From positions 629,953 to 693,952 of the forward strand of contig OY288107.1 of the NCBI GenBank assembly GCA_958431225.1: a DNA stretch of 64,000 bases. The letters are read 5' to 3'. The translations under genes and the position numbers were made by a program. Positions 12,236-21,742 of this stretch are shown here, one piece after another (the stretch's first letter is position 1; each line of letters opens with the position of its first letter). Source of the DNA: an uncultured Alphaproteobacteria bacterium (GTDB lineage Bacteria > Pseudomonadota > Alphaproteobacteria > Puniceispirillales > UBA1172). Under the pieces are notes generated by a model. The model made no database searches, was not told where the DNA came from, and was given only the letters and a program-made list of their open reading frames with translations.

Positions 12236-14110
12236 ATGAATGTAGCAGCTCCACCACCAGATTTTCAACGCGGGCTAGAAACCATCCGCAATATGGCAAC
12301 GCGCCTAGATGCCTCGCCGGGGGTCTATCGCATGCTCGGGCATGATGGGCAGGTGCTTTATGTGGGCAAAGCCAAAGGCTTAAAGCACCGCGTGTTGAGC
12401 TATACGCGCCCGCAAGCCCTCAACCAACGCCTCATGCGTATGGTGGCAGAAACCCACAGCCTTGAAATCATCACCACGCGCACTGAGGTTGCGGCATTAT
12501 TGCTAGAAAGCAACCTCATCAAAACCCTAAAACCCCGCTACAATATCCTCCTACGCGATGACAAAAGTTTCCCCTATATTATGGTAAGCGGCGACCATGA
12601 CTACCCGCAACTCGCCAAACATCGGGGCAGTCGCAAACGCCAAGCCGCATGGTTCGGGCCTTTCGCATCGGCACGGGCGGTCAAGCGCACCATCACCGAA
12701 TTGACCCGCGCCTTTTTGTTGCGGAATTGCAGTGATTCGATGTTCGCGGCGCGCTCGCGCCCGTGCTTACAATATCAAATCAAACGGTGCACCGCCCCTT
12801 GCGTCGGCAAAGTCAGCCACGCAGATTACCAACAACAAGTCAATCAAGCCGTGCGCTTTTTGAGCGGCGAATCACGCGCGGTGCAAGAAGAATTTGCCGC
12901 CAATATGCAAACCGCCGCCGCCGCATTAGATTATGAAACCGCCGCATTATGGCGCAATCGCATCCGCGCCCTCAATCAGATTCAAGCCCACCAAGACATC
13001 CACCTCCCCAACGCGTTAAACGCCGACATCATCGCCATAGCCCTTGAAGGCGGGCGCAGTTGCGTGCAGGTATTTTTCATGCGCAACGGCTCCAATTTCG
13101 GTACCCGCACCTATTTCCCCCGCCACGATAATGAAGCAGAGGCAAGCGCCATCCTAACCGCCTTCATCGGGCAATTTTACGATGATAAACCCGCCCCCCC
13201 CGAATTATTGGTGAGCCACAGCCTAGCCGACGCCCCCCTATTAGCCGAGGCATTGAGCGACAAATCCGAACGCAAAACGCGCATCTCTTGCCCCGAACGC
13301 GGGAGCCGCCGCAAATTGATGGCAATGGCACAACAAAACGCCCACGAAGCCCTAGCGCGCGAGATCGCTACCAGCATCGCCACCAGCAAAATGCTCAACG
13401 AGGTGCAAGAATTATTCGGCTTAGATGCCCCCCCGCAACGCATTGAGGTCTATGACAATTCGCACATTCAAGGCAGTCATGCGGTGGGCGCAATGATAGT
13501 CGCCACGCCCGAAGGCTTTTCCAAACCCCATTACCGCAAATTCAACATTGAAAAAACCAAACTCAATATAGGCGGTGATGATTTCGCCATGATGCGCGAA
13601 GTATTGCGTCGCCGTTTCGCCCGCGCCATCCGCGATGACCCCGACCGCCAAATCGGCTTGTGGCCCGATTTAGTTTTATTGGATGGGGGCAAAGGGCAGT
13701 TGAGCACAGCAGAATCAGTGCTAGACGATTTAGGCATTGAAAACATCCCACTAGTCGCCATCGCCAAAGGCACCGACCGCCACGCCGGACGCGAGACATT
13801 TCATCAACCCAATAAAGCCCCGTTCTCTCTCCCCCCCAACACGCCGGTGCTACATTATCTGCAACGTCTGCGCGATGAGGCGCACCGCTTTGCCATCGGC
13901 GCGCACCGCACCCGCCGTCAAAACGCCAATAAATCCAGCCCCCTTGATGCGATTCCCGGCATCGGTGCCACGCGCAAAAGGGCATTGCTCGCGCATTTCG
14001 GGGCGGCAAAAGCGGTAGCCGAAGCCGATATTCCCGATTTAATGAAAGTAAATGGCATCTCAAAGCAGGTCGCCGATATCATTTACCAGTGGTTTCATGC
14101 TAAACATTAA
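12236..14110 (+). CDS. uvrC: Excinuclease ABC subunit C
   Basis: 624 aa. GIY-YIG domain (GVYRMLGHDGQVLYVGKAKGLKHRV), UVR domain, endonuclease V-like domain and a C-terminal HhH2. Confidence 0.96.
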   Translation: MNVAAPPPDFQRGLETIRNMATRLDASPGVYRMLGHDGQVLYVGKAKGLKHRVLSYTRPQALNQRLMRMVAETHSLEIITTRTEVAALLLESNLIKTLKPRYNILLRDDKSFPYIMVSGDHDYPQLAKHRGSRKRQAAWFGPFASARAVKRTITELTRAFLLRNCSDSMFAARSRPCLQYQIKRCTAPCVGKVSHADYQQQVNQAVRFLSGESRAVQEEFAANMQTAAAALDYETAALWRNRIRALNQIQAHQDIHLPNALNADIIAIALEGGRSCVQVFFMRNGSNFGTRTYFPRHDNEAEASAILTAFIGQFYDDKPAPPELLVSHSLADAPLLAEALSDKSERKTRISCPERGSRRKLMAMAQQNAHEALAREIATSIATSKMLNEVQELFGLDAPPQRIEVYDNSHIQGSHAVGAMIVATPEGFSKPHYRKFNIEKTKLNIGGDDFAMMREVLRRRFARAIRDDPDRQIGLWPDLVLLDGGKGQLSTAESVLDDLGIENIPLVAIAKGTDRHAGRETFHQPNKAPFSLPPNTPVLHYLQRLRDEAHRFAIGAHRTRRQNANKSSPLDAIPGIGATRKRALLAHFGAAKAVAEADIPDLMKVNGISKQVADIIYQWFHAKH

Positions 14111-14140
14111 GCGGGCATTTATTGAAGGGGGTTTCGTACC

Positions 14141-14686
14141 ATGAAACATTTTCCAAATATCATCACCATCCTACGCATAGTCGCCAGCATTGCCGTGCCG
14201 TTTCTGATTTTGGACGGCAGACTAGGCGTGCGGGGGGTGGCATTCGGCTTATTTGCTTTTGCGGCGATTACCGATTGGCTTGACGGCTATTTGGCGAGGC
14301 GGTGGAATGTATTGAGCAAACTAGGACAGATGCTTGACCCGATAGCCGATAAACTACTCATCACCGGCAGCCTTTTAGCACTAGTCGCCGCCGACCGCGC
14401 GCATTTGCCGATTCTTTACCCCGCCCTGATGATTATATTCCGCGAGATTTTTGTATCGGGCTTGCGCGAATATCTGGGCATGATGCGTGTAGCATTGCCG
14501 GTCACCAGCTACGCCAAATACAAAACCGCCCTCCAATTCATCGCCATCGGCATGGTGATTTTCTATCCGTTCATCAATGATTGGCATTATGCGTTCGCTG
14601 CGGTCATGGCGTGTTTTTACCTAGCAACCGCATTAACGCTCTTAACCGGCATAGATTATTTTATGAAAGCAACCCGCCATGTCTGA
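14141..14686 (+). CDS. pgsA: CDP-diacylglycerol--glycerol-3-phosphate 3-phosphatidyltransferase
   Basis: 181 aa. CDP-alcohol phosphatidyltransferase motif DWLDGYLARRWNVLSKLGQMLDPIADK, in a multi-pass membrane protein. Confidence 0.93.
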   Translation: MKHFPNIITILRIVASIAVPFLILDGRLGVRGVAFGLFAFAAITDWLDGYLARRWNVLSKLGQMLDPIADKLLITGSLLALVAADRAHLPILYPALMIIFREIFVSGLREYLGMMRVALPVTSYAKYKTALQFIAIGMVIFYPFINDWHYAFAAVMACFYLATALTLLTGIDYFMKATRHV

Positions 14687-15206
14687 ACCCACGCCTAAAC
14701 CCACGAGGCATAAATTAGTCATCGGCTTGGCAGGATTTTCCGGTGCCGGCAAAACCACCTTAGCCGAACAACTGATTCCCTTATTGGTGGCAAAAGGCTT
14801 CAACATAGCCACCATCAAACACGCCCACCACAATTTTGACGCCGATATTGAAGGCAAAGATAGTTGGCGCCATCGCCAAGCCGGGGCAAGCCAAGTGCTA
14901 GTATCATCAAAAAAACGCCGCGCACATTTCACCGAAACCGCCGATGAAAATGAAGCCAGCCTTGATACATTATTGGCAGAACTAGCCCCCAGCGATATCG
15001 TGCTAGTAGAAGGTTTCAAAAATGACCCAATCCCCAAAATTGAATTAAGGCGCGCGGGGCTAGACAGCCCCGCCCTCTACAAAAAAAATCCGCATATCCT
15101 AGCGGTAGCAACCGACAGCAAAATCACCGACTGCCCCCTACCGCAATTTGACATCAACGACCCAAAGGCGATAGCCGATTTCATCGCCGATATGGTGCAA
15201 GCATGA
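14679..15206 (+). CDS. mobB: Molybdopterin-guanine dinucleotide biosynthesis adaptor protein MobB
   Basis: 175 aa. GLAGFSGAGKTTL P-loop plus the IKHAHHNFDADIEGKDSWRHRQAGA motif. It overlaps pgsA by 8 nt and moeA by 4 nt. Confidence 0.9.
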   Translation: MSEPTPKPTRHKLVIGLAGFSGAGKTTLAEQLIPLLVAKGFNIATIKHAHHNFDADIEGKDSWRHRQAGASQVLVSSKKRRAHFTETADENEASLDTLLAELAPSDIVLVEGFKNDPIPKIELRRAGLDSPALYKKNPHILAVATDSKITDCPLPQFDINDPKAIADFIADMVQA

Positions 15207-16444
15207 CCCTATCCTTTACCGAAGCCCAACAACGCATAAGCGCCGCCGTGCGCGCCCTAACTGAAAGCGAATCGCGCCCCCTTGCTGATTGCCCTTTAGC
15301 CGATAGTTTAGGTGCGGTGTTAGCCACCGACCTCATCGCACCCAAAGACGTGCCAAGCAGTGATTGTGCGGCGGTAGATGGCTATGGCTTTTGCCACGCC
15401 ACCCTACCCCCCGACCATTGCTTACCCATTTCGGGGCAAGCACAAGCAGGACACCCCCTCCCGCATCCCTTTAAGGCAGGAAGCGCCATCGCCATCACCA
15501 CCGGCGCCCCCATGCCCCAAGCCGAAAACCCGCAACATAGCCCCGACACCATCGCCATGCACGAAGATTGCGAGATCATCAAAGACAAAGTGCGCCTCCC
15601 CGCCAATATCAAAAAAGGCAGTAATTTCCGCCCCAAAGGCGAAAACATCCAAAAAGGCGAAACCGCCCTAAAACAAGGCACAAAAATAGGGGCGGCAGAA
15701 ATCGGGTTATGTGCGGCAATGGGTTTTGCCGAATTATCGGTAATGCGCGCATTGCGTGTAGGCGTGCTATCAACCGGCGATGAATTATGCGATGTAGCCG
15801 ACGCACCCGATGCGCACCCCAACGGCTTAATTGACTCAAACCGCCCCATGTTGATGGCACTCCTCAAAGCCGACCGCCACCACAGCACCGATGGCGGCAT
15901 CATCAAAGACGACCGCACCGCCACCAGCCAAAGCCTGCAAAACCTAGCCAGCACCCATGATGCCGTGCTAGTAAGCGGCGGCAGTGCCGGGGGCAGTGAA
16001 GACCACACCCGCCAAGCCATCCGACACGCCGGCGGCACCATCCATTTCGCTGGCATCAATATCAAACCGGGTCGCCCTTTCGCCATGGGACAAATTGGCA
16101 ACTGCCCCATTTTCTGCCTCCCCGGCAATCCGGTGGCGGTATTCGTCACCTACCGCCTATTAGTGGCGGACGCCCTAACCCGCCTAAGCGGCGCCCGCCC
16201 CCGCCCATTATTACGCCTACCTGTGCAATGCGGATTTTCAGCCGCACATAAACAGGGACGCACGGATTTCGTGCGGGTCGTTCTGCGCGATAGCGACAAA
16301 GGACTCCCCATAGCGATTCCCCATGGACGTTTCGGTGCCGGCGTATTAACCTCGCTGACCGGTGCCGATGGCTTACTTGAAATTTCCGCCGATAAAGGGC
16401 ATGTCAAAGAAGGCGATGAATGTGCGTTCATCCCATTGAGGTAA
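15203..16444 (+). CDS. moeA: Molybdopterin molybdotransferase MoeA
   Basis: 413 aa. Motifs AAVDGYGF, STGDEL, PGNPVAVFVTY and the C-terminal domain GRTDFVRV. Confidence 0.92.
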   Translation: MTLSFTEAQQRISAAVRALTESESRPLADCPLADSLGAVLATDLIAPKDVPSSDCAAVDGYGFCHATLPPDHCLPISGQAQAGHPLPHPFKAGSAIAITTGAPMPQAENPQHSPDTIAMHEDCEIIKDKVRLPANIKKGSNFRPKGENIQKGETALKQGTKIGAAEIGLCAAMGFAELSVMRALRVGVLSTGDELCDVADAPDAHPNGLIDSNRPMLMALLKADRHHSTDGGIIKDDRTATSQSLQNLASTHDAVLVSGGSAGGSEDHTRQAIRHAGGTIHFAGINIKPGRPFAMGQIGNCPIFCLPGNPVAVFVTYRLLVADALTRLSGARPRPLLRLPVQCGFSAAHKQGRTDFVRVVLRDSDKGLPIAIPHGRFGAGVLTSLTGADGLLEISADKGHVKEGDECAFIPLR

Positions 16445-16448
16445 AACA

Positions 16449-16700
16449 ATGAAGATTCGTTATTTTGCATGGCTACGCGAGGCAATCGGCACGAACAGTG
16501 AGGATTTAACCTATAATCCTGACTGGAAAAATGTCGCCGATTTAGTGGCATTTCTGCGCCAAAAAAGCACGGCACATCACCAAGCCCTAAAAGATATGAC
16601 CCTAGTGCGGGTAGCGGTAAATTATGATTATGTGGACCTAGACCACCCCCTCACCGCAAGCGACGAAGTAGCATTCTTCCCGCCAGTGACGGGAGGCTAA
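16449..16700 (+). CDS. moaD: Molybdopterin synthase sulfur carrier subunit MoaD
   Basis: 83 aa, ubiquitin-like, ending in the diagnostic PPVTGG. Confidence 0.9.
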   Translation: MKIRYFAWLREAIGTNSEDLTYNPDWKNVADLVAFLRQKSTAHHQALKDMTLVRVAVNYDYVDLDHPLTASDEVAFFPPVTGG

Positions 16701-16703
16701 AAC

Positions 16704-17156
16704 ATGTCCATAGAAATCACCGAAAATGATTTTGATTTAAGCGCACTTTACGCCCGCCTCCGCCAAAATGGTGCGGGTGCGGTGGTGCTATTTGTCGGTT
16801 TGGTGCGCGATATGGCGGGGGATGACAGCATAACCAGCATAACCCTAGAACATTACCCGGGCATGACCGAACAACAGCTTGAAGCGATTCGCACCCAAGC
16901 CATGCAACACTGGCAGCTAAAAAATGCCATCATCATCCACCGCATCGGCACGTTGGAGGCAAGCGCACAAATTGTCGCCGTAGGCACCGCCGCCCCCCAC
17001 CGCCAAGACGCTTTTGAAGCCAATCAATTCATCATGGATTATCTCAAAACCGAAGCCCCATTCTGGAAATGCGAAACCAGCACGCAGGGCAAAAAATGGG
17101 TAGAGGCGCGCACCAGCGACGCTGAAGCCAAAAAACGTTGGGCCAAAAAACGTTAG
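16704..17156 (+). CDS. moaE: Molybdopterin synthase catalytic subunit MoaE
   Basis: 150 aa. Motifs GAVVLFVGLVRD, LEHYPGM, IVAVGTAAPHRQDAF and KTEAPFWK. Confidence 0.92.
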   Translation: MSIEITENDFDLSALYARLRQNGAGAVVLFVGLVRDMAGDDSITSITLEHYPGMTEQQLEAIRTQAMQHWQLKNAIIIHRIGTLEASAQIVAVGTAAPHRQDAFEANQFIMDYLKTEAPFWKCETSTQGKKWVEARTSDAEAKKRWAKKR

Positions 17157-17171
17157 CCCAAAAAACACTAG
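17127..17171. repeat. 15-bp x3 tandem repeat at the moaE 3' end
   Basis: gccaaaaaacgttgg / gccaaaaaacgttag / cccaaaaaacactag. In the moaE frame this reads AKKRW AKKR* PKKH*. Confidence 0.85.
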
Positions 17172-17176
17172 GACAA

Positions 17177-18058
17177 CTAAATCCCCCCACGCACCAATTT
17201 CGCATAATTTTCAGTAATCGCACGACAAGCCGCCCCGGGATTCATGTGATGGTCGCCAATTTGCGACACTGGCGTCACTTCCGCCGCCGTGCCGGTCAAA
17301 AAACATTCTTTTACTTGTGCTAGTTCTTCAGGCAAAATATGGCGTTCCACCACCTGATACCCCATATCGCCGAGCATTTTCATAACGCTCTGACGCGTAA
17401 TGCCATTGAGAAAACAATCGGCAATAGGCGTATGAATCGCCCCATCTTCCATAACAAAAAAGATATTCGCCCCCGTGGCTTCGGCAACATAGCCCCGATA
17501 ATCCAGCATCATGGCATCGGCAAAACCTTTCGCCTCGGCGGCGTGTTTCGCCAGCGTGCAGATCATATAAAGCCCGGCGGCCTTGGCATGCACAGGTGCG
17601 CTTTCGGGGCTAGGGCGCCTCCATTCGGCAATATCAAGGCTAATCCCACGCATCTTGGCATCAAGGTCAAACATACTCGGCCATTCCCAACAAGCGATAG
17701 AAACATGGATTTTCGTATGCTGTGCCGCCACCGCCATCTGTTCAGACCCCCGCCAAGCCACAGGACGCAGATACGCATCTCTGAGCCCATTTTTCTCGAG
17801 CAACTGCTCTTTCGCCGCCAACAGCGCATCATCACTAAAAGGCAAATCAAACCCCATAATGCGTGCCGATTCGCGAAAACGCTCGGTATGCAGGCGCGAT
17901 TCAAAAATCACCCCATCATAGGCGCGCTCGCCTTCAAAAATAGAACTCGCATAATGCAAGCCATGGCTGAGGATATGCGTTTGCGCCGTGCGCCATGCCA
18001 CCATGGCGCCATTCACCCAGATAAAACCATCGCGGTCATCAAATGGAATGCTGTTCAT
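17177..18058 (-). CDS. ilvE: Branched-chain amino acid aminotransferase (class IV)
   Basis: I trimmed the ORF to the ATG at 18058 (MNSIPFDDRDGFIWVNG), which has GGTGGG 4 nt upstream. Class IV fold motifs are HYASSIFEGERAY and the C-terminal FLTGTAAEVTPV. Confidence 0.93.
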   Translation of the reverse strand: MNSIPFDDRDGFIWVNGAMVAWRTAQTHILSHGLHYASSIFEGERAYDGVIFESRLHTERFRESARIMGFDLPFSDDALLAAKEQLLEKNGLRDAYLRPVAWRGSEQMAVAAQHTKIHVSIACWEWPSMFDLDAKMRGISLDIAEWRRPSPESAPVHAKAAGLYMICTLAKHAAEAKGFADAMMLDYRGYVAEATGANIFFVMEDGAIHTPIADCFLNGITRQSVMKMLGDMGYQVVERHILPEELAQVKECFLTGTAAEVTPVSQIGDHHMNPGAACRAITENYAKLVRGGI

Positions 18059-18119
18059 TTTGCCCACCTATTGTTAAGTTGTCTTGACATATTAAAACAT
18101 TTGATGAAAATAAGTCAAC

Positions 18120-18626
18120 ATGGCTGACATAAAAACTCCGCATAGACCGCTTTTTTTACGCGAAGAAGAATTGCGTTATAGCATTGAGCTCATGTTTTTC
18201 GCCTATCGTGATTTCACCAGTGAGGCGGACACGCATCTCGCGCGGGTCAATTTAGGGCGGGCGCATCACCGCGTCATTTATTTTGTCGGGCGCAATCCCG
18301 GCATCAATGTGCGCGATTTGTTAAACATTCTCAACATCACCAAACAATCGCTTTCAAGGGTGCTATCGCATTTAATTGACACCGGCTATGTGCGCCAAAA
18401 ACAAGGGAGTGCCGATAAACGCCAACGCCTGCTCTACCTAACCCAACAAGGCGAGGCGTTAGAACATGAGGTCACGCGCCTCCAATGCCAACGTTTTGCC
18501 CGCGCTTTCAAATCGGTCAGTGACGAATCAGTAACCGGATTTTTGGCAGTCATGGAATCAATGCTAGACGAAAAAACCATCGCCCTACTCCGCCACCCCC
18601 CCATAAGCAAAAAGCAAGACCCCTGA
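18120..18626 (+). CDS. MarR family transcriptional regulator (PetP-like position)
   Basis: 168 aa with a winged-helix region (LNITKQSLSRVLSHLIDTGYVRQKQGSADKRQRLLYLTQQGE). It ends 3 nt before the response-regulator gene. Confidence 0.85.
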   Translation: MADIKTPHRPLFLREEELRYSIELMFFAYRDFTSEADTHLARVNLGRAHHRVIYFVGRNPGINVRDLLNILNITKQSLSRVLSHLIDTGYVRQKQGSADKRQRLLYLTQQGEALEHEVTRLQCQRFARAFKSVSDESVTGFLAVMESMLDEKTIALLRHPPISKKQDP

Positions 18627-18629
18627 GCC

Positions 18630-19352
18630 ATGACCGCCCCAAAACGCCATATTCTAGTCATTGAAGACGATGAACGCTTACGCGATTTATTGTTGCGCTT
18701 TTTGCTAGGCAAAGGCTATCGCGTCACCGGTGCGGGTTCCGTAGAAGAAGCCCGCGCGCGTATGAAAGGCACCTATTTTGATGCTTATGTAGTGGATATT
18801 ATGCTGCCCCAAGAAAGCGGGCTTGATTTCGTGCGCGCCCTCAAAACCACCGGCGACACCCCGCCATGCCTGATGCTAACAGCGATGGGCGCACCGGGGC
18901 AACGCCTTATGGGGCTTGAAAGCGGGGCAGATGATTACATGACCAAACCTTTTGAGCCCGATGAGTTAGCCTTGCGCATCCGCAACCTGCTAAGGCGCAC
19001 CGAAGAAAGCCAACCCAGCCAAAATAATAGCGCACCGCCCACGGCATCAATACGTTTCGGCCCCCACGAATTTGACATTGACAATATGCAATTAAAAACC
19101 GGCAATCAGCGTAATGCTTTAACCACTGCCGAACGTAAATTGCTCGCGTGTTTTGCCCGCCACCCCAACGCCCCCCTATCGCGCGACGTGCTCGCCGCCA
19201 TGCTATCAAGCCAGATGGAAGGGCGGAGCCTTGATGTTGCCGTCACCCGCTTGCGCCAAAAAATTGAACCCAATCCCCGCCAACCCATCTATCTATTGAC
19301 AATGCGCGGGGTAGGTTGGATGCTTCAAACTGACAACGAAAGCCCAAATTGA
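18630..19352 (+). CDS. OmpR-family response regulator (PetR/CenR-like)
   Basis: 240 aa. Receiver domain (ILVIEDD, DAYVVDIMLP, MLTAMG, KPF) plus a winged-helix output (LTTAERKLLACFA, VAVTRLRQKIE, TMRGVGW). Confidence 0.92.
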   Translation: MTAPKRHILVIEDDERLRDLLLRFLLGKGYRVTGAGSVEEARARMKGTYFDAYVVDIMLPQESGLDFVRALKTTGDTPPCLMLTAMGAPGQRLMGLESGADDYMTKPFEPDELALRIRNLLRRTEESQPSQNNSAPPTASIRFGPHEFDIDNMQLKTGNQRNALTTAERKLLACFARHPNAPLSRDVLAAMLSSQMEGRSLDVAVTRLRQKIEPNPRQPIYLLTMRGVGWMLQTDNESPN

Positions 19353-19365
19353 ATTTTTTTGAATC

Positions 19366-20703
19366 ATGATGATCTCTTTGTTGAAACCAAAATCACTATT
19401 CGCGCGCATGCTCGCCATCATTCTGATTCCCCTAATCGTCGTGCAACTGATCACGGTTTGGGCATTTTTCGGACGCCATTGGGATAACATCACCCGCTAT
19501 CTAGCCACCAACCTATCCGCCGATATCGCCGTAGTCATGGATCAAATCGCCGATGACCGCAGCCCCGAACAGCTAGCCAGCACCGCCCGCTTCGCCCGCA
19601 GCTATTTCCAATTTGACACCGAATGGCTAGGCATAGCCGCCCCGCCAGATTCCCCCGAAGCCAGCACCAGCTATGCCGGACGCCAATTACGCCTAAATCT
19701 CAATCAACGTTTAGACCAGCCCTTTTCCATGGATTTTGACAGCGACCCCGACCACATCACCATCTATGTACAATATCCCGAAGGCGTCTATAGCCTCACC
19801 GCCTCACGCAAACGCCTATTTAGCACCACGGCATTTTTGGTGATTCTATGGACGGTGGGCACGACCATTCTGCTCGCTTGCGTCGCCGTGCTATTTCTGC
19901 GCAATCAGATGCGCTCCATTGAACGTCTAGCCGAGGCGGCAAGGCGCATCGGGCTAGGGCGTCCGCCGATACGCTTCAAAGTAGAAGGCGCCACCGAAGT
20001 GCGCCAAGCCGGACTCGCCTTTCACGCCATGTCCAACCGCATTCAACGCCAAGTATCCGAACGTGTAGAAATGTTAGCGGGGGTCAGCCATGATTTACGC
20101 ACCCCCTTAACACGCATGAAATTATCGCTTGCCATGATAACCGATGAATCTGCACGCCACGAGTTAGAAAAAGACATTGCCGAAATGGAAGCCATGATTG
20201 AAGGCTATCTACATTTCGCCAGTGGCAGTGTCAGCGAAGCATTAGAAAATCTTGAAGTCGTAGAATTAATCCAAACCACCATCACCCGCGATTTTAATAA
20301 TGGCGGGAACGAGAACAAAAAAATCCATTTCACCCCCCCCGACACCGCCCCCCCCGCCATTCCGTTAAGGCGTATGGCGTTTTGCCGTGCCATCAGCAAT
20401 CTCATCAACAACGCGCTGATTCACGGGGGCAATTGCTTTGTCAGCGTGGAGGCACAAGAGGGTTTAATCACCATCCTCATTGACGATGACGGCGACGGCA
20501 TCCCAAAAGATATGCGCCGCGCCGCCCTAAAACCCTTCGCGCGCGACATCAATGCCAAAACCAGCACCAGCGACACCAGTGCCGGCGGCATAGGTCTAGG
20601 TCTAGCCATAGCCCACGAAGCGGCAATGAGTCATGGGGGCGAATTATTGCTAGGCGATGCCCCCCAAGGCGGTTTGCGCGTACGCCTACAACTGCCAATA
20701 TAA
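19366..20703 (+). CDS. Sensor histidine kinase (EnvZ-like, HAMP-HisKA-HATPase)
   Basis: 445 aa with two TM segments, H-box SHDLRTPLTRM, N-box NLINNALIHG and G-boxes DDDGDGIP and GGIGLGLAI. Confidence 0.9.
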   Translation: MMISLLKPKSLFARMLAIILIPLIVVQLITVWAFFGRHWDNITRYLATNLSADIAVVMDQIADDRSPEQLASTARFARSYFQFDTEWLGIAAPPDSPEASTSYAGRQLRLNLNQRLDQPFSMDFDSDPDHITIYVQYPEGVYSLTASRKRLFSTTAFLVILWTVGTTILLACVAVLFLRNQMRSIERLAEAARRIGLGRPPIRFKVEGATEVRQAGLAFHAMSNRIQRQVSERVEMLAGVSHDLRTPLTRMKLSLAMITDESARHELEKDIAEMEAMIEGYLHFASGSVSEALENLEVVELIQTTITRDFNNGGNENKKIHFTPPDTAPPAIPLRRMAFCRAISNLINNALIHGGNCFVSVEAQEGLITILIDDDGDGIPKDMRRAALKPFARDINAKTSTSDTSAGGIGLGLAIAHEAAMSHGGELLLGDAPQGGLRVRLQLPI

Positions 20704-20709
20704 TTTTTG

Positions 20710-21045
20710 TTAATGCATCCGCCCGCCATCAGGCACCGATAAATCAGGCGCCAGCAACACCACCGCACCATCAGCATCAGGCACGCCAAGCGTCAAAACC
20801 TCGGACATAAAAGGTCCAATCTGCCGCGGCGGAAAATTCACCACCGCCACCACTTGCTTGCCCATGAGCGCATCACGGTCATAATGTTTGGTAATCTGCG
20901 CAGAAGATTTTTTGACACCAACATCCCCGCCAAAATCAATCTGCAATTTCCAAGCGGGCTTGCGCGCTTCGGGGAAATCATCCACGCCAATAATCGTGCC
21001 AACACGAATATCCACCGCCAAAAAATCATCAAAACTAATCGTCAT
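20710..21045 (-). CDS. tRNA-binding domain protein (CsaA/YgjH-like)
   Basis: I trimmed the ORF to MTISFDDFLAVDIRVGTII. OB-fold tRNA-binding motifs include KLQIDFGG and VVAVVNFPPRQIG. Confidence 0.85.
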   Translation of the reverse strand: MTISFDDFLAVDIRVGTIIGVDDFPEARKPAWKLQIDFGGDVGVKKSSAQITKHYDRDALMGKQVVAVVNFPPRQIGPFMSEVLTLGVPDADGAVVLLAPDLSVPDGGRMH

Positions 21046-21673
21046 CTCCGGCACCTCCTTTTTCACGAATCAATCCAAATGTCGCGGCAATCTGCGTAGC
21101 GGTATTTAGGCGTTGGTCTAAACACCGCGCCGTCAATGCCAAATCGGGGCTATCATCTTTGAGCCAATCTTTCATCACCACCAAATAGACCCCGGCAAGC
21201 CCTTTAGCGCGCATCAACCCGCCTAAGCCTTGCCCGCCACCACCAACCGCCCCCAGAATCTGCCGCATAGCCCGCGTCAAACAATCCGCCAGCATCAAGG
21301 CAATACGCGGATTACTAAGCGCGGCACTATGCAGGGCTTCAAGGGCAGTTTTATGCGCGCGATAGGCTTCAAAACGTTGCAATAGCGCTTCAAAAATTTT
21401 CTCACGCACACTAGCATCGGCATCATCCGCCAAGTCTTTTGCCAGTTGTTCCGTAAGGTCGCGGTCAAAATGGCAGAGCCCGGTCGCCACCATATCAAGG
21501 CGGTCTTGATAAAGCCGATGCGCGAGTTCTGCCTCAACCCCAGCGCGTTCAATAATCGCCTCAATACTCATGTCGGCATAAGGCAGCTCCGCCAACATAG
21601 AAAGCGCCGCCGCCCCTAAAGCACGGCGGGCTTGGTCAATAGGATGCGGTGTTTTGGTTTTGGATGGTGGCAT
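21035..21673 (-). CDS. TetR/AcrR-like regulator (weak assignment)
   Basis: I trimmed the ORF to MPPSKTK. The all-helical protein has an N-terminal segment (AALSMLAELPYADMSIEAIIERAGV) resembling a TetR HTH. I did not see a clean HTH signature. Confidence 0.5.
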   Translation of the reverse strand: MPPSKTKTPHPIDQARRALGAAALSMLAELPYADMSIEAIIERAGVEAELAHRLYQDRLDMVATGLCHFDRDLTEQLAKDLADDADASVREKIFEALLQRFEAYRAHKTALEALHSAALSNPRIALMLADCLTRAMRQILGAVGGGGQGLGGLMRAKGLAGVYLVVMKDWLKDDSPDLALTARCLDQRLNTATQIAATFGLIREKGGAGDDD

Positions 21674-21708
21674 CAATCTCTCCTCGCTAACAGGATAAAG
21701 AAAAATCA

Positions 21709-21742
21709 CCTATTTGCCAAGTTCCCCTATTTGCCAAGTTCC
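21709..21742. repeat. Perfect 17-bp x2 tandem repeat at the proC 3' end
   Basis: cctatttgccaagttcc occurs twice. The second copy encodes the last proC codons (ELGK) plus the TAG stop on the reverse strand. The first copy is a spare copy in the intergenic gap. Confidence 0.9.

Noticed and set aside
15382-16149. 255-aa reverse ORF inside moeA.
   Set aside because: It is antisense to a gene with strong MoeA motifs, and its low-complexity translation matches no family.
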